Source: Spirochaetia bacterium (lineage in GTDB: Bacteria > Spirochaetota > Spirochaetia > SZUA-6 > Bin103). From it: DNA of 64,000 nt. How positions within the stretch are numbered: position 1 is the stretch's first letter; each line of letters begins with the position of its first letter. This document shows positions 51,823 through 59,963 of the stretch, piece after piece. The translations under genes and the position numbers were made by a program. Below the pieces are notes generated by a model that ran no database searches, was not told where the DNA came from, and saw nothing but the letters and a program-made list of their open reading frames with translations. The stretch spans positions 3,680,001-3,744,000 of the forward strand of contig OZ241863.1 of NCBI GenBank assembly GCA_965203055.1, read 5' to 3'.

Positions 51823-53808
51823 TCATGGCGCCAGCGGCAGCCAGACCGTCATGGCGCAGTTCCCCCGATTGTGCCATGCGAAGTAGGGGATCAGGCGGAT
51901 GGGGACCGGCGCCTGTTCCCGGCGTTCGCCCCGGCGGTAGAGCTCGTGCTCCCAGGGCCGGCCGGCGGCGCGGACTGCCGTCCCTTCCAGCACCGCCACC
52001 CCGCCCAGAAGCTCCCGTTCATAGCGCGCTTGCGGCGCAAAGTCGCGCGGCAGGTGAATCTCGTCGAGCGGCGTCCCCTCGCTCAAGTCCGCGGCCTCCA
52101 GGCAGTACACTACCGGCCCGCGCACCACCGCGGCCTGATTGCGGTCCTGCTCCAGCCGCGGGTTGGCGGTCACCAGCTCGGCGCGCAACGGGAGCGTAAG
52201 CGTCACCCGGTCGCCGGCCCGCCACTGCCGCCGGACGGCAACGTAGCTGCCGGCCGCCGCCGCGGCCGGCGCGGCTCCGGCCACGCTCAGCTCGGCGCCG
52301 TGCGCCCAGCCCGGGACCCGCAGGTGCAGAGTGAACGGTTGCGGCGGCGGCTCCTGCACGGTAACGACGATCCGTCCGTCCCACGGGTAGGCGGTGTCCT
52401 GGGTGAGGGCCAGCCTGCCGCCGGCCACCTCCGTCTCCAGGCGGCTGCCGCCGTAGAGATGCACCCACACGGCGTCCTCCGCCAGCCCGTACGCCCAGCG
52501 GTGCACCTTGGCGATGGTGCGCGCCACCTGCGGCGGGCAGCAGTAGCAGCGATGGGTGAACCAGCGCTCGGGCGTATCGTTGCTGAGCTGCCGGTGGTCC
52601 GCGCCGTGCCAGCGCAACGGGTTGGTGTAGCAGAACCTGGTGCCGTCGGCGCTCATCCCCGACAGCCCGCTGTTGTAGAGCACCTGCTCCAGCACGTCCG
52701 CGTACCCGGCCTCGCCGGTCAGCGCCGCCATGCGCCGCGCCCACATCGCCTGACCGATGTTGGCGCAGGTCTCGGTGTAGGCGGTCGCGTTGGGCAAGTC
52801 GTGCGGCAGTCCGAATGCCTCGTGCACCGGATCGCGCCGGATCGAAGCGCTGAAGTGATGCGCGCCAACCGCGCCGGTCAGATACAGCTTGGTGGCGGCC
52901 ACGTCGCGCCAGATGCGCTCCAGCGCCTGCCGCAGCGCCGTTTCTCCCGTCTCCGAGTACACGTCCGCGGCGCCCGCCCACAGATAGGTCGCGGTCACCG
53001 CATGCCCGACCGCGGCGGTCTCGTCCCGGAGCGGCACCCGATCCTGGTTCTGGTCGCCGGTCACCCCCGGATCGGGCGCGGAGCCGCGGTTGCTCACGAA
53101 CACCCCGGCGAGGTCCAGGTAACGCCGCTCGCCGGTCACCCGATACAGGTCCACGAGGCCGACGATCTGCGATGGATTGAACCCGAAGTTGGCCAGCTCG
53201 GCCGGCGTCGGCAGGAATACTCCGCACAGGTAGTCGGCCAGCTTGACCGCGACCGCCAGCAGGTTGCGCTTGCCGGTCGCCTCGTAGTGCACCGCGGCCG
53301 CGGAACAGCAGTGGCCGGCGTTGTACAGCTCATGGTCGTGGACGTCCTGCCAGCGCTGCTTGTGCGGATTCAAGGTGATCTGCGTGTTGAGGTAGCCATC
53401 CGGCTCTTGCGCCGCGCCAATCCAGTCGATCACCTCGTCCATCTGCCGGTCCAAGGCGCGGTCGCGGGTTACGCCGTACACGTGGGCCATCGCCTCCAGC
53501 CACTTGTAGCAGTCGCCGTCGCTCCAGTGGCGACCGGCGTGCGTGCCCTCCTCCAGTCCGGCCGCAATCCGGAAATAGGCCAGCCGCGCCTTGTTGGCAG
53601 GATCCTCGAGCGCTCGCCGCATGCTCGGAAGAACCGTGTGGTGGCAGAGTTCGAACCGATCAGCCCAGAAGCCGCCGGTCCAGCGGCTCTGCCCCAGCGC
53701 CGGCGCTCTCATCCGGGCATGCGGACTGCGGTGGTGATACTTGGAACGCCGGCCCTGCAACCGCCCGTCAGCGGCCGCCGGCGCGGCCGCGTACCAACTT
53801 CCTCGCAT
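51823..53808 (-). CDS. Glycoside hydrolase family 127 (beta-L-arabinofuranosidase-like)
   Basis: SDGDCYKWLE, HELYNAGH, GHAV, ETCA, YTNPL, CYCCPP, RGPVVYCLE. Confidence 0.9.
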   Translation of the reverse strand: MRGSWYAAAPAAADGRLQGRRSKYHHRSPHARMRAPALGQSRWTGGFWADRFELCHHTVLPSMRRALEDPANKARLAYFRIAAGLEEGTHAGRHWSDGDCYKWLEAMAHVYGVTRDRALDRQMDEVIDWIGAAQEPDGYLNTQITLNPHKQRWQDVHDHELYNAGHCCSAAAVHYEATGKRNLLAVAVKLADYLCGVFLPTPAELANFGFNPSQIVGLVDLYRVTGERRYLDLAGVFVSNRGSAPDPGVTGDQNQDRVPLRDETAAVGHAVTATYLWAGAADVYSETGETALRQALERIWRDVAATKLYLTGAVGAHHFSASIRRDPVHEAFGLPHDLPNATAYTETCANIGQAMWARRMAALTGEAGYADVLEQVLYNSGLSGMSADGTRFCYTNPLRWHGADHRQLSNDTPERWFTHRCYCCPPQVARTIAKVHRWAYGLAEDAVWVHLYGGSRLETEVAGGRLALTQDTAYPWDGRIVVTVQEPPPQPFTLHLRVPGWAHGAELSVAGAAPAAAAAGSYVAVRRQWRAGDRVTLTLPLRAELVTANPRLEQDRNQAAVVRGPVVYCLEAADLSEGTPLDEIHLPRDFAPQARYERELLGGVAVLEGTAVRAAGRPWEHELYRRGERREQAPVPIRLIPYFAWHNRGNCAMTVWLPLAP

Positions 53809-53882
53809 AGCACACACTCCTCTTCCTTGCTACATATTATGCACCAATAGTGAAACAGTGTATAGCGCAGCCACCGGGCAGC

Positions 53883-54803
53883 TCAGTCGAGGGTGACGAC
53901 TCCTTTGATGTAGGTCGGGTCGCCGGAGGCCACCTGCGCCAGGAGGTCGGGATAGTCTTCCAGCGGGACGGTGTGGGTGATCAGGGGCTGCAGGTCGATG
54001 ATGCCCTTGGCGAGCAGGCGGATGGCCGGCGGGAAGGGATCGCGGATCTGGGAGCCGGGCGCCGAGTTCACCACCGTGAAGCCGCCGAGGTGCCAACGGT
54101 CGCCGGGGAACGTGGGCCGGCCGTGGTTCCAGCCGAACAGGTTGAGGCGCCCGCCGCGGGCGAGCAGCTCCGCGGCCAGGTCGAGGCCGGCCTGGGCGCC
54201 GCTGGCGTCCACCACGCAGTCGAACGGCTCCTCCGCCGCCAGCGCGGCGTCCTGCGGGTGATGCGCCGCGTCCACGCCGAAGCGGCGCGCCAACTCCAGC
54301 CGGTCGCGGTTCACGTCGACCGCGGCCAGATGGCCGGCGCAGGAGCGCGCCAGTCCCTGTATCAGCATCAGTCCCATGAATCCGCAGCCGACCACGGCGA
54401 TGCGGTCGCCGGCCTTGACCGGCGTGTGGTCGAGGCCGGTCACCACGCAGCTCACCGGTTCCACGATCCAGCGCTGCAGGGGAATGGCGCTGTCGGGGGG
54501 AATCCGGTGGGCGCGCTGCGCGGCGACGTTGTGCACGGTGGCGAAGCCGCGCGCCACCACGGCGTCGCCCTCCGCCACCCCGGTGACGCCGCGGCCGACC
54601 TTGATGACGCGGCCCACGCCCTCGTGTCCGGCGGGCGCCGCGCTGGCCGCGTCGCTGCCGCGGCGGTAGGTGAACAGGTCCCACGCGCAGATGCCGCAGG
54701 CGACCGCGCGCACCTGCACCTCGCCCGGTCCGGGGTCGGCGACCGCCACCTCCACCAGCCGCACGCCCCCGCCCGGCTGGTACTCGATGCTCCGTGCCTT
54801 CAT
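53883..54803 (-). CDS. Zinc-binding (MDR) dehydrogenase
   Basis: CGICAWD, GHEGVG, VVGCGFMG. Confidence 0.88.
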   Translation of the reverse strand: MKARSIEYQPGGGVRLVEVAVADPGPGEVQVRAVACGICAWDLFTYRRGSDAASAAPAGHEGVGRVIKVGRGVTGVAEGDAVVARGFATVHNVAAQRAHRIPPDSAIPLQRWIVEPVSCVVTGLDHTPVKAGDRIAVVGCGFMGLMLIQGLARSCAGHLAAVDVNRDRLELARRFGVDAAHHPQDAALAAEEPFDCVVDASGAQAGLDLAAELLARGGRLNLFGWNHGRPTFPGDRWHLGGFTVVNSAPGSQIRDPFPPAIRLLAKGIIDLQPLITHTVPLEDYPDLLAQVASGDPTYIKGVVTLD

Positions 54804-54910
54804 CGCTCCACGGTCGCATGCCGGCGCGCCGTTGCTCAACCCGGCGAGCCGCCCGCCCCGCCCGCCGCCGCCGGTTGCCCCGCTCAGCGGCCCGTGACGA
54901 TCATTGCCGC

Positions 54911-55864
54911 GTGGCCGGCGCCGCCCGCACCTTTTCGCCAGCTCCCCTCCTCGCCCTCCTGCTGCTCGCCGCCGGCGCTGTGGTTGCCTCCTGCGCGCTG
55001 AACGAGGAGTGGATCTCGCTGATCGGCCGGCGCGGCTTCGAGCCGGGCCAGTTCTTCCGCCCCGCGCACCTGGCGGTCGACGCCGCCGGCTATCTCTACG
55101 TGGCCGACACCGACAACCACCGCGTGCAGAAGCTCACGCCGGAGGGGGAGTTCGTGGCGGCGTTCGGCGCCTGGGGTTCGGCGCCGGGGCAGTTCCTGGG
55201 GCTGAGCGGACTGGCGGTCGGGGCCGACGGGGCGATCTATACGGTGGAGTTCACCAATCACCGGGTCCAGAAGTTCACCGCCGACGGCCGGCTGCTGGCG
55301 GCCTGGGGCGGCAACGGCGGCGGCCCGGGCGAGTTCGCCCAGCCGCGCGCGGTGGCCGCGGCGCCGGACGGCAGCATCTTCGTGGCCGACACCGGCAACC
55401 ATCGCATCCAGCACTTGAGCGGCGCTGGCGAGTTCCTCAACGCCTGGGGCCGGGAGGGCCGCCATCCCGGGGAGTTCCGCGAGATCAGGGCACTGGCGGT
55501 CGATTCGCAGGGCAACGTGTACGCGGCCGACGCTCACAATCACCGGGTGCAGAAGTTCACCGCCGGCGGGGCGTTCGTGGCCGAGTGGGGCCGCCGCGGG
55601 CGTACCGCCGGCGACTTCATCTTCCCCTCCGGCCTGGTGGTGGACGACCGCGACCGCGTGTACGTGGCCGACCGCTCCAACTACCGGGTGCAGGTGATCG
55701 GCCCGCACGGCGCCATCGTGGACCTCATCGAGGTGGGCTACGTTCGGGCCGGCACGCGCGCGGTGATCGGCCCCCTGGCGTGGGCGGCGGGCGCCCTGTA
55801 CGCCGCGGACACCTTCAACCACGTGGTGCTGCGCATCGACCTGGAGGCGCGGCGCAGCCGGTGA
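54911..55864 (+). CDS. NHL-repeat beta-propeller protein, probable lipoprotein
   Basis: Five to six repeats of the type GEF..P..LAVD..YVAD..NHRVQKF; hydrophobic leader ending VASC; start approximate. Confidence 0.85.
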   Translation: MAGAARTFSPAPLLALLLLAAGAVVASCALNEEWISLIGRRGFEPGQFFRPAHLAVDAAGYLYVADTDNHRVQKLTPEGEFVAAFGAWGSAPGQFLGLSGLAVGADGAIYTVEFTNHRVQKFTADGRLLAAWGGNGGGPGEFAQPRAVAAAPDGSIFVADTGNHRIQHLSGAGEFLNAWGREGRHPGEFREIRALAVDSQGNVYAADAHNHRVQKFTAGGAFVAEWGRRGRTAGDFIFPSGLVVDDRDRVYVADRSNYRVQVIGPHGAIVDLIEVGYVRAGTRAVIGPLAWAAGALYAADTFNHVVLRIDLEARRSR

Positions 55865-55882
55865 TCGAGCTTTCCGGCCCGG

Positions 55883-57028
55883 TCAGAGACTGTGATAGGG
55901 GTCGGCGGAGTCGCGCAGGCCGTCGCCCACGAAGTTGAAGCAGAGCACGATCACGATCACGCACAGCGCCGGCAGCAGCATCCACGGATGGGTGGTCAGG
56001 GTGGCGACGTTCTGGGCGTCGATCAGCGCCGTGCCGAGGCTCACCGCCGGCGGGCGGATGCCGAAGCCGAGGAAGCTCAACGCCGTCTCCCCCAGGATCA
56101 TGCCGGGGATGCGCAACGAGATGTCCACCACAAGATAGCTGGTGAAGGAGGGCAGCAGATGCTCGCGAATGATCGGCAGCTCCTTCTTGCCGGCGATGCG
56201 CGCGGCGGTGACGAAGTCGGCTTCGCGCAGCTCCAGCAGCTTGCCGCGCACCACCCGCGCCAAGCCGGTCCACCCGACCAGCGACAGGATCACGGTAATG
56301 CCGAAGTAGACGCCGATGATCGACCAGGTCGGCGGCAGGGCCGCGCTCAGCGCCAGCCACAGCGGAATGGTGGGAATGGAGATCAGGATCTCCACCAGCC
56401 GCTGGATGCCGTTGTCCACCCAGCCGCCGAAGTACCCCGAGAGGCCGCCCAGCAGGCAGCCGAGAATGAAGGCCAGGAACACCCCGACCAGACCGACGCT
56501 GAGCGAGATGCGCGAGGCGACGATGATCCGCGAGAGGACGTCGCGCCCCAGCCGCTCGGTACCCAGCAGGTACACGTAGCCGTCTTCGGCGCGGGTGCCG
56601 AAGAAGTGCAGGTCGCTCTTGAACAGCCCCCACAGGCGGTACTCCCCGGCGCGGACGAACAGGCCGAGGCGAAACCGTTGGCTCGGGTCGACGGTGAACT
56701 CCTCGCGAAACGTCTCCGGGTTGCGTTCGCTGCGGTACCCGTAGACGTAGGGCGCAGTCAGCCGTCCATCCTCGAAGAGGCGAATCCGTTGCGGGGGGGC
56801 GAAGCGCAGCGCGGTGTTGCGGTCGAGCTTGTCGTACGGGGCGAAGAACTCGGCGAAGATGGCAATGAAGTAGAACACTCCGAGGATGGTCATGCCGAGC
56901 ACCGCAAGGTGGTGGCGGCGGAACTTGCGCCACACCAGTTGCCACTGGGAGGCGATGAAGTACTGCTCCTGAAGGTCGTCGGCCGCGGCGGCGCCGGCAG
57001 CCGGCGGCGCGAGGAGCTGGCTGCTCAC
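55883..57028 (-). CDS. Second OppC-like ABC permease
   Basis: LGTERLGRD, ETALSFLG, GDGLRDSADP. Confidence 0.92.
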   Translation of the reverse strand: MSSQLLAPPAAGAAAADDLQEQYFIASQWQLVWRKFRRHHLAVLGMTILGVFYFIAIFAEFFAPYDKLDRNTALRFAPPQRIRLFEDGRLTAPYVYGYRSERNPETFREEFTVDPSQRFRLGLFVRAGEYRLWGLFKSDLHFFGTRAEDGYVYLLGTERLGRDVLSRIIVASRISLSVGLVGVFLAFILGCLLGGLSGYFGGWVDNGIQRLVEILISIPTIPLWLALSAALPPTWSIIGVYFGITVILSLVGWTGLARVVRGKLLELREADFVTAARIAGKKELPIIREHLLPSFTSYLVVDISLRIPGMILGETALSFLGFGIRPPAVSLGTALIDAQNVATLTTHPWMLLPALCVIVIVLCFNFVGDGLRDSADPYHSL

Positions 57029-58023
57029 GCCGCGGAACTCCGCTCCATGCGGATGCGCGGGTCGACCAGCACCAGCAGGAGGTCCGAGATCAACGTGCCG
57101 ATCACGGTCAGCAGGCTGAGCACCACGATGATGCTGCCGGCCAGGTACATGTCCTGCTGCAGGAGCGCGGTGAGCAGCAACGGTCCGGTGGTGGGCAGGC
57201 TCAGCACGATGGCGGTTACCGTGGCCCCGGAGATGATATCCGGGAGCAGCCAGCCGATGGTGCTCACCAGCGGGTTGACGGCGATGCGCACCGGATACTT
57301 GAACAGCAGGCGCCGCTCCACCACCCCCTTGGAGCGCGCGGTGATCACGTACTGCTTGCGCAGCTCATCCAGCATGGTGGCGCGCATGATGCGGACCAGC
57401 GCCGCGGTGCCGGCGGTTCCCACCACCACGATCGGCACCGGCAGGTGGGTGATCAGGTCCCACAGCTTCGCCAGGCTGAACGGCGCGGTCACCATCTCCG
57501 GCGAGAACAACCCGCCGATGGTCACGCCGAACCAGCGGCTGAACAGGAACATCAGGATCAGGGCAAGCAGGAAGTTGGGCGTCGCCAGCCCGATGAACCC
57601 GACGGTGGTGACCGAGTAGTCGGTCAGGGAGTACTGGTGGGTCGCCGAGTAGATGCCGATCGGGATCGCCATGGCGAACGTGAACAGGGTGGTCAGCAGG
57701 GTGATAAGCGCGGTCAGCGGCACCCGTTCGGCGAGCATGTCGGTCACCTTCTGGCGGGTGGCGAACGACTGCCCCAGATCGAGGGTGATCAGGTTCCCCA
57801 TCCACTTGAAGTACTGCACCAGCACCGGTTGATTGAGCCCGTAGCGGTTTTCCAGGCCCGCCAGCTCTTCGCGGTCGGTCTCGATGCCGCGGTCGCGGAG
57901 CTGCTGGATGTAGATGTCTAGGTAGTCGCCCGGCGGCAACTGGATCACGACGAAGGCGAGGATCGAAATCCCCAGCAAGGTGATCAGCATGTAGCCGACG
58001 CGGCGCACCAGGTACTGAATCAC
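57025..58023 (-). CDS. Second OppB-like ABC permease
   Basis: LPPGD, YVITARSKG, VDPRIR. Confidence 0.92.
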   Translation of the reverse strand: MIQYLVRRVGYMLITLLGISILAFVVIQLPPGDYLDIYIQQLRDRGIETDREELAGLENRYGLNQPVLVQYFKWMGNLITLDLGQSFATRQKVTDMLAERVPLTALITLLTTLFTFAMAIPIGIYSATHQYSLTDYSVTTVGFIGLATPNFLLALILMFLFSRWFGVTIGGLFSPEMVTAPFSLAKLWDLITHLPVPIVVVGTAGTAALVRIMRATMLDELRKQYVITARSKGVVERRLLFKYPVRIAVNPLVSTIGWLLPDIISGATVTAIVLSLPTTGPLLLTALLQQDMYLAGSIIVVLSLLTVIGTLISDLLLVLVDPRIRMERSSAA

Positions 58024-58039
58024 CGTTCGCCCGAGATGC

Positions 58040-58345
58040 CTATACCGGGTGAGTCCGGCGTGATCTCACCGCGGCGCCCCTGCGGGAACCGGCGGTGATT
58101 ATCACGTCAATGAGTTTCGTCAGGGCGGCCGTCACGCTTTTCTGGTACTCTTCCTTCAGCGGTTCCTGCGACAGCAGGTCCCGATACTGTTCCACAGAGT
58201 CCCCAAATACCGGTTTGATCAGAGACTCCAAGGTGGCAGCCATTTCGTCTTCTCGGTGAATATCCCAGATCACCTCGCTAAGGCGTAGTGCGATCTCATG
58301 TCCATCGTTGGTACCAATCAATCTCACTTTTTCGACATCGGTCAC
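58040..58345 (-). CDS. Hypothetical protein in an AT-richer insert
   Basis: GGAGGAG RBS, GTGA overlap with the upstream ORF. Confidence 0.55.
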   Translation of the reverse strand: MTDVEKVRLIGTNDGHEIALRLSEVIWDIHREDEMAATLESLIKPVFGDSVEQYRDLLSQEPLKEEYQKSVTAALTKLIDVIITAGSRRGAAVRSRRTHPV

Positions 58346-58578
58346 CCTAACATCTCCTCCAAAGCCTGCGATACTGTCTTGTATACCTGATAATTCATCA
58401 TTTCCTGCTGCTTCTGCTCTTCGTCTCTGCGTTTCTGCTCTTCGTCCCTCCGCTCCTGAAGATCAAGCGATTTTCTAACGTTGAGCGCCGAGCGCCAGGC
58501 GGCAATTGCCGTCACACAACTCGCTACCGAAAGAACGAAAGTCGCCCCGAGGGTGAGCGTGTCGAATATGGTCGGCAC
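58342..58578 (-). CDS. Hypothetical single-TM protein with coiled-coil tail
   Basis: Hydrophobic N-terminus, RRDEEQK repeated twice. Confidence 0.55.
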   Translation of the reverse strand: MPTIFDTLTLGATFVLSVASCVTAIAAWRSALNVRKSLDLQERRDEEQKRRDEEQKQQEMMNYQVYKTVSQALEEMLG

Positions 58579-58670
58579 TATCAGCTACTCCAACCGGCCC
58601 CAGGCGGCCAACGACCGGCCATGACGGAAGCGTATCGCTTTCGGCGCTTTTGTCAACCGACCCGAATGAT

Positions 58671-58900
58671 GAGACGCCATCGGGGTGTCGCGGGCCGACA
58701 TTCGCACGGTCACTGCCGCCGTGCCGCGTGGTGGCGCCGTGCCGCGTGGTGGCGCCGGAGATGATGCGGCGCACCTTCCCGGTTGGATCGTGAACGTTCG
58801 GCAGCATCGCCGGCCTCCACGGGCACCCGGGGAGGCGGCCTTGTCGACGCTGGCCAGAGGTCACCCGGTCTACGGTATGGCCAAGGCAGCGGTCCGCCAG
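58671..58900 (+). pseudogene. Degenerate internal duplicate of the downstream SDR gene
   Basis: Matches about 59502-59702 with indels, an 18-bp tandem duplication (58718-58753) and an insertion. Confidence 0.85.
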
Positions 58901-58945
58901 CGCGCGTTTGACGAGCGCAGCATCCCAGCCTATACCTTGTCAGGC

Positions 58946-59116
58946 ATGTCGTCCAACAAGAAGCCGCTCAGCGTGCGCTCCACCGTGCCGCGCCCGGCCA
59001 CGCCGCACGCGTGTGATTGGAGTGACGCGGAGCGGCGTCTGCAGTCGGTCTATCCGACGCTCATCGGCGGGCTGCCTGCATCGCAGATCATTGCGGATGG
59101 CCGCGGAGAACGGTGA
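58946..59116 (+). CDS. Small protein, possible antitoxin
   Basis: Preceded by TTGACG-N17-TATACC; ends ASQIIADGRGER; GTGA-coupled to a 4-codon MSLY* stub. Confidence 0.4.
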   Translation: MSSNKKPLSVRSTVPRPATPHACDWSDAERRLQSVYPTLIGGLPASQIIADGRGER

Positions 59117-59126
59117 GTCTCTACTA

Positions 59127-59963
59127 ATGGGTGAGCGGGACGGGGTGCTGGAGGGCAGGGTCGCCTGGGTGACCGGCTCATCGCGCGGGATCGGGCGGGT
59201 GGTCGCCGGCCACTTGGCCGGCCTGGGCGCGCGGGTCGCCGTGCACGGCACCACGCCCACCTCGACCCGCGCCTTCGGCGAGGCCGACTCCCTGCAGGCG
59301 GTGGCCGCCGAGCTGGCGGAGCAGACCGGGGGCGAGGTGTTCGCGGTGCACGGCGACCTGACCGACGAGCCGACCGTCAAGGAGCTGTGCCGCCGCATCC
59401 GCGCCCGGTTCGGGCCGATCGACATTCTCGTCAACAACGCCGGCGGCGACATCGGCTCCCAGGGCACCACCGGGCCGAACGCCGGCAAGCCGGCGGCGAA
59501 CGACGCCGTCGGGGTGTCGCTGGCCGACATCCGCACGGTGCTCGACCGCAACGTCATGACCTGCCTGCTGCCGTGCCGGGAGGTGGCGCCGGAGATGATG
59601 CGGCGCAAATCCGGTTGGATCGTGAACGTCGGCAGCATCGCCGGCCTCCACGGGCACCCCGGAGAGGTGATCTACGGCATGGCCAAGGCCGCGGTCCACC
59701 AGTACACGCGCTGCCTGGCGGCGCAGCTTCGGCCCTACGACGTGCGCGTGAACGCCGTCGCCCCCGGCGAGATCGTTACCCCGCGGTTCCTGGCCAGCCG
59801 GGTGGCGGACGAGTCCCGCAAGGTGGAGGGCGGCACCCTGACCCGCTACGGCCGGCCGCTCGAGGTGGCCCGCGCCGTGGAGTTCCTGGTCACCGGCGGC
59901 GCCTCCTACGTCACCGGGCAGATCCTCCGGGTCGACGGCGGCGCCCAGCTCTGGCCGGCCTGA
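59127..59963 (+). CDS. SDR-family oxidoreductase
   Basis: TGSSRGIG, NNAG, YGMAK, VNAVAPG, VDGG. Confidence 0.92.
   Translation: MGERDGVLEGRVAWVTGSSRGIGRVVAGHLAGLGARVAVHGTTPTSTRAFGEADSLQAVAAELAEQTGGEVFAVHGDLTDEPTVKELCRRIRARFGPIDILVNNAGGDIGSQGTTGPNAGKPAANDAVGVSLADIRTVLDRNVMTCLLPCREVAPEMMRRKSGWIVNVGSIAGLHGHPGEVIYGMAKAAVHQYTRCLAAQLRPYDVRVNAVAPGEIVTPRFLASRVADESRKVEGGTLTRYGRPLEVARAVEFLVTGGASYVTGQILRVDGGAQLWPA

Noticed and set aside
58671..59702. DGR template/variable repeat pair
   Set aside because: Differences are indels and mixed substitutions rather than adenine-specific changes; no reverse transcriptase in the window
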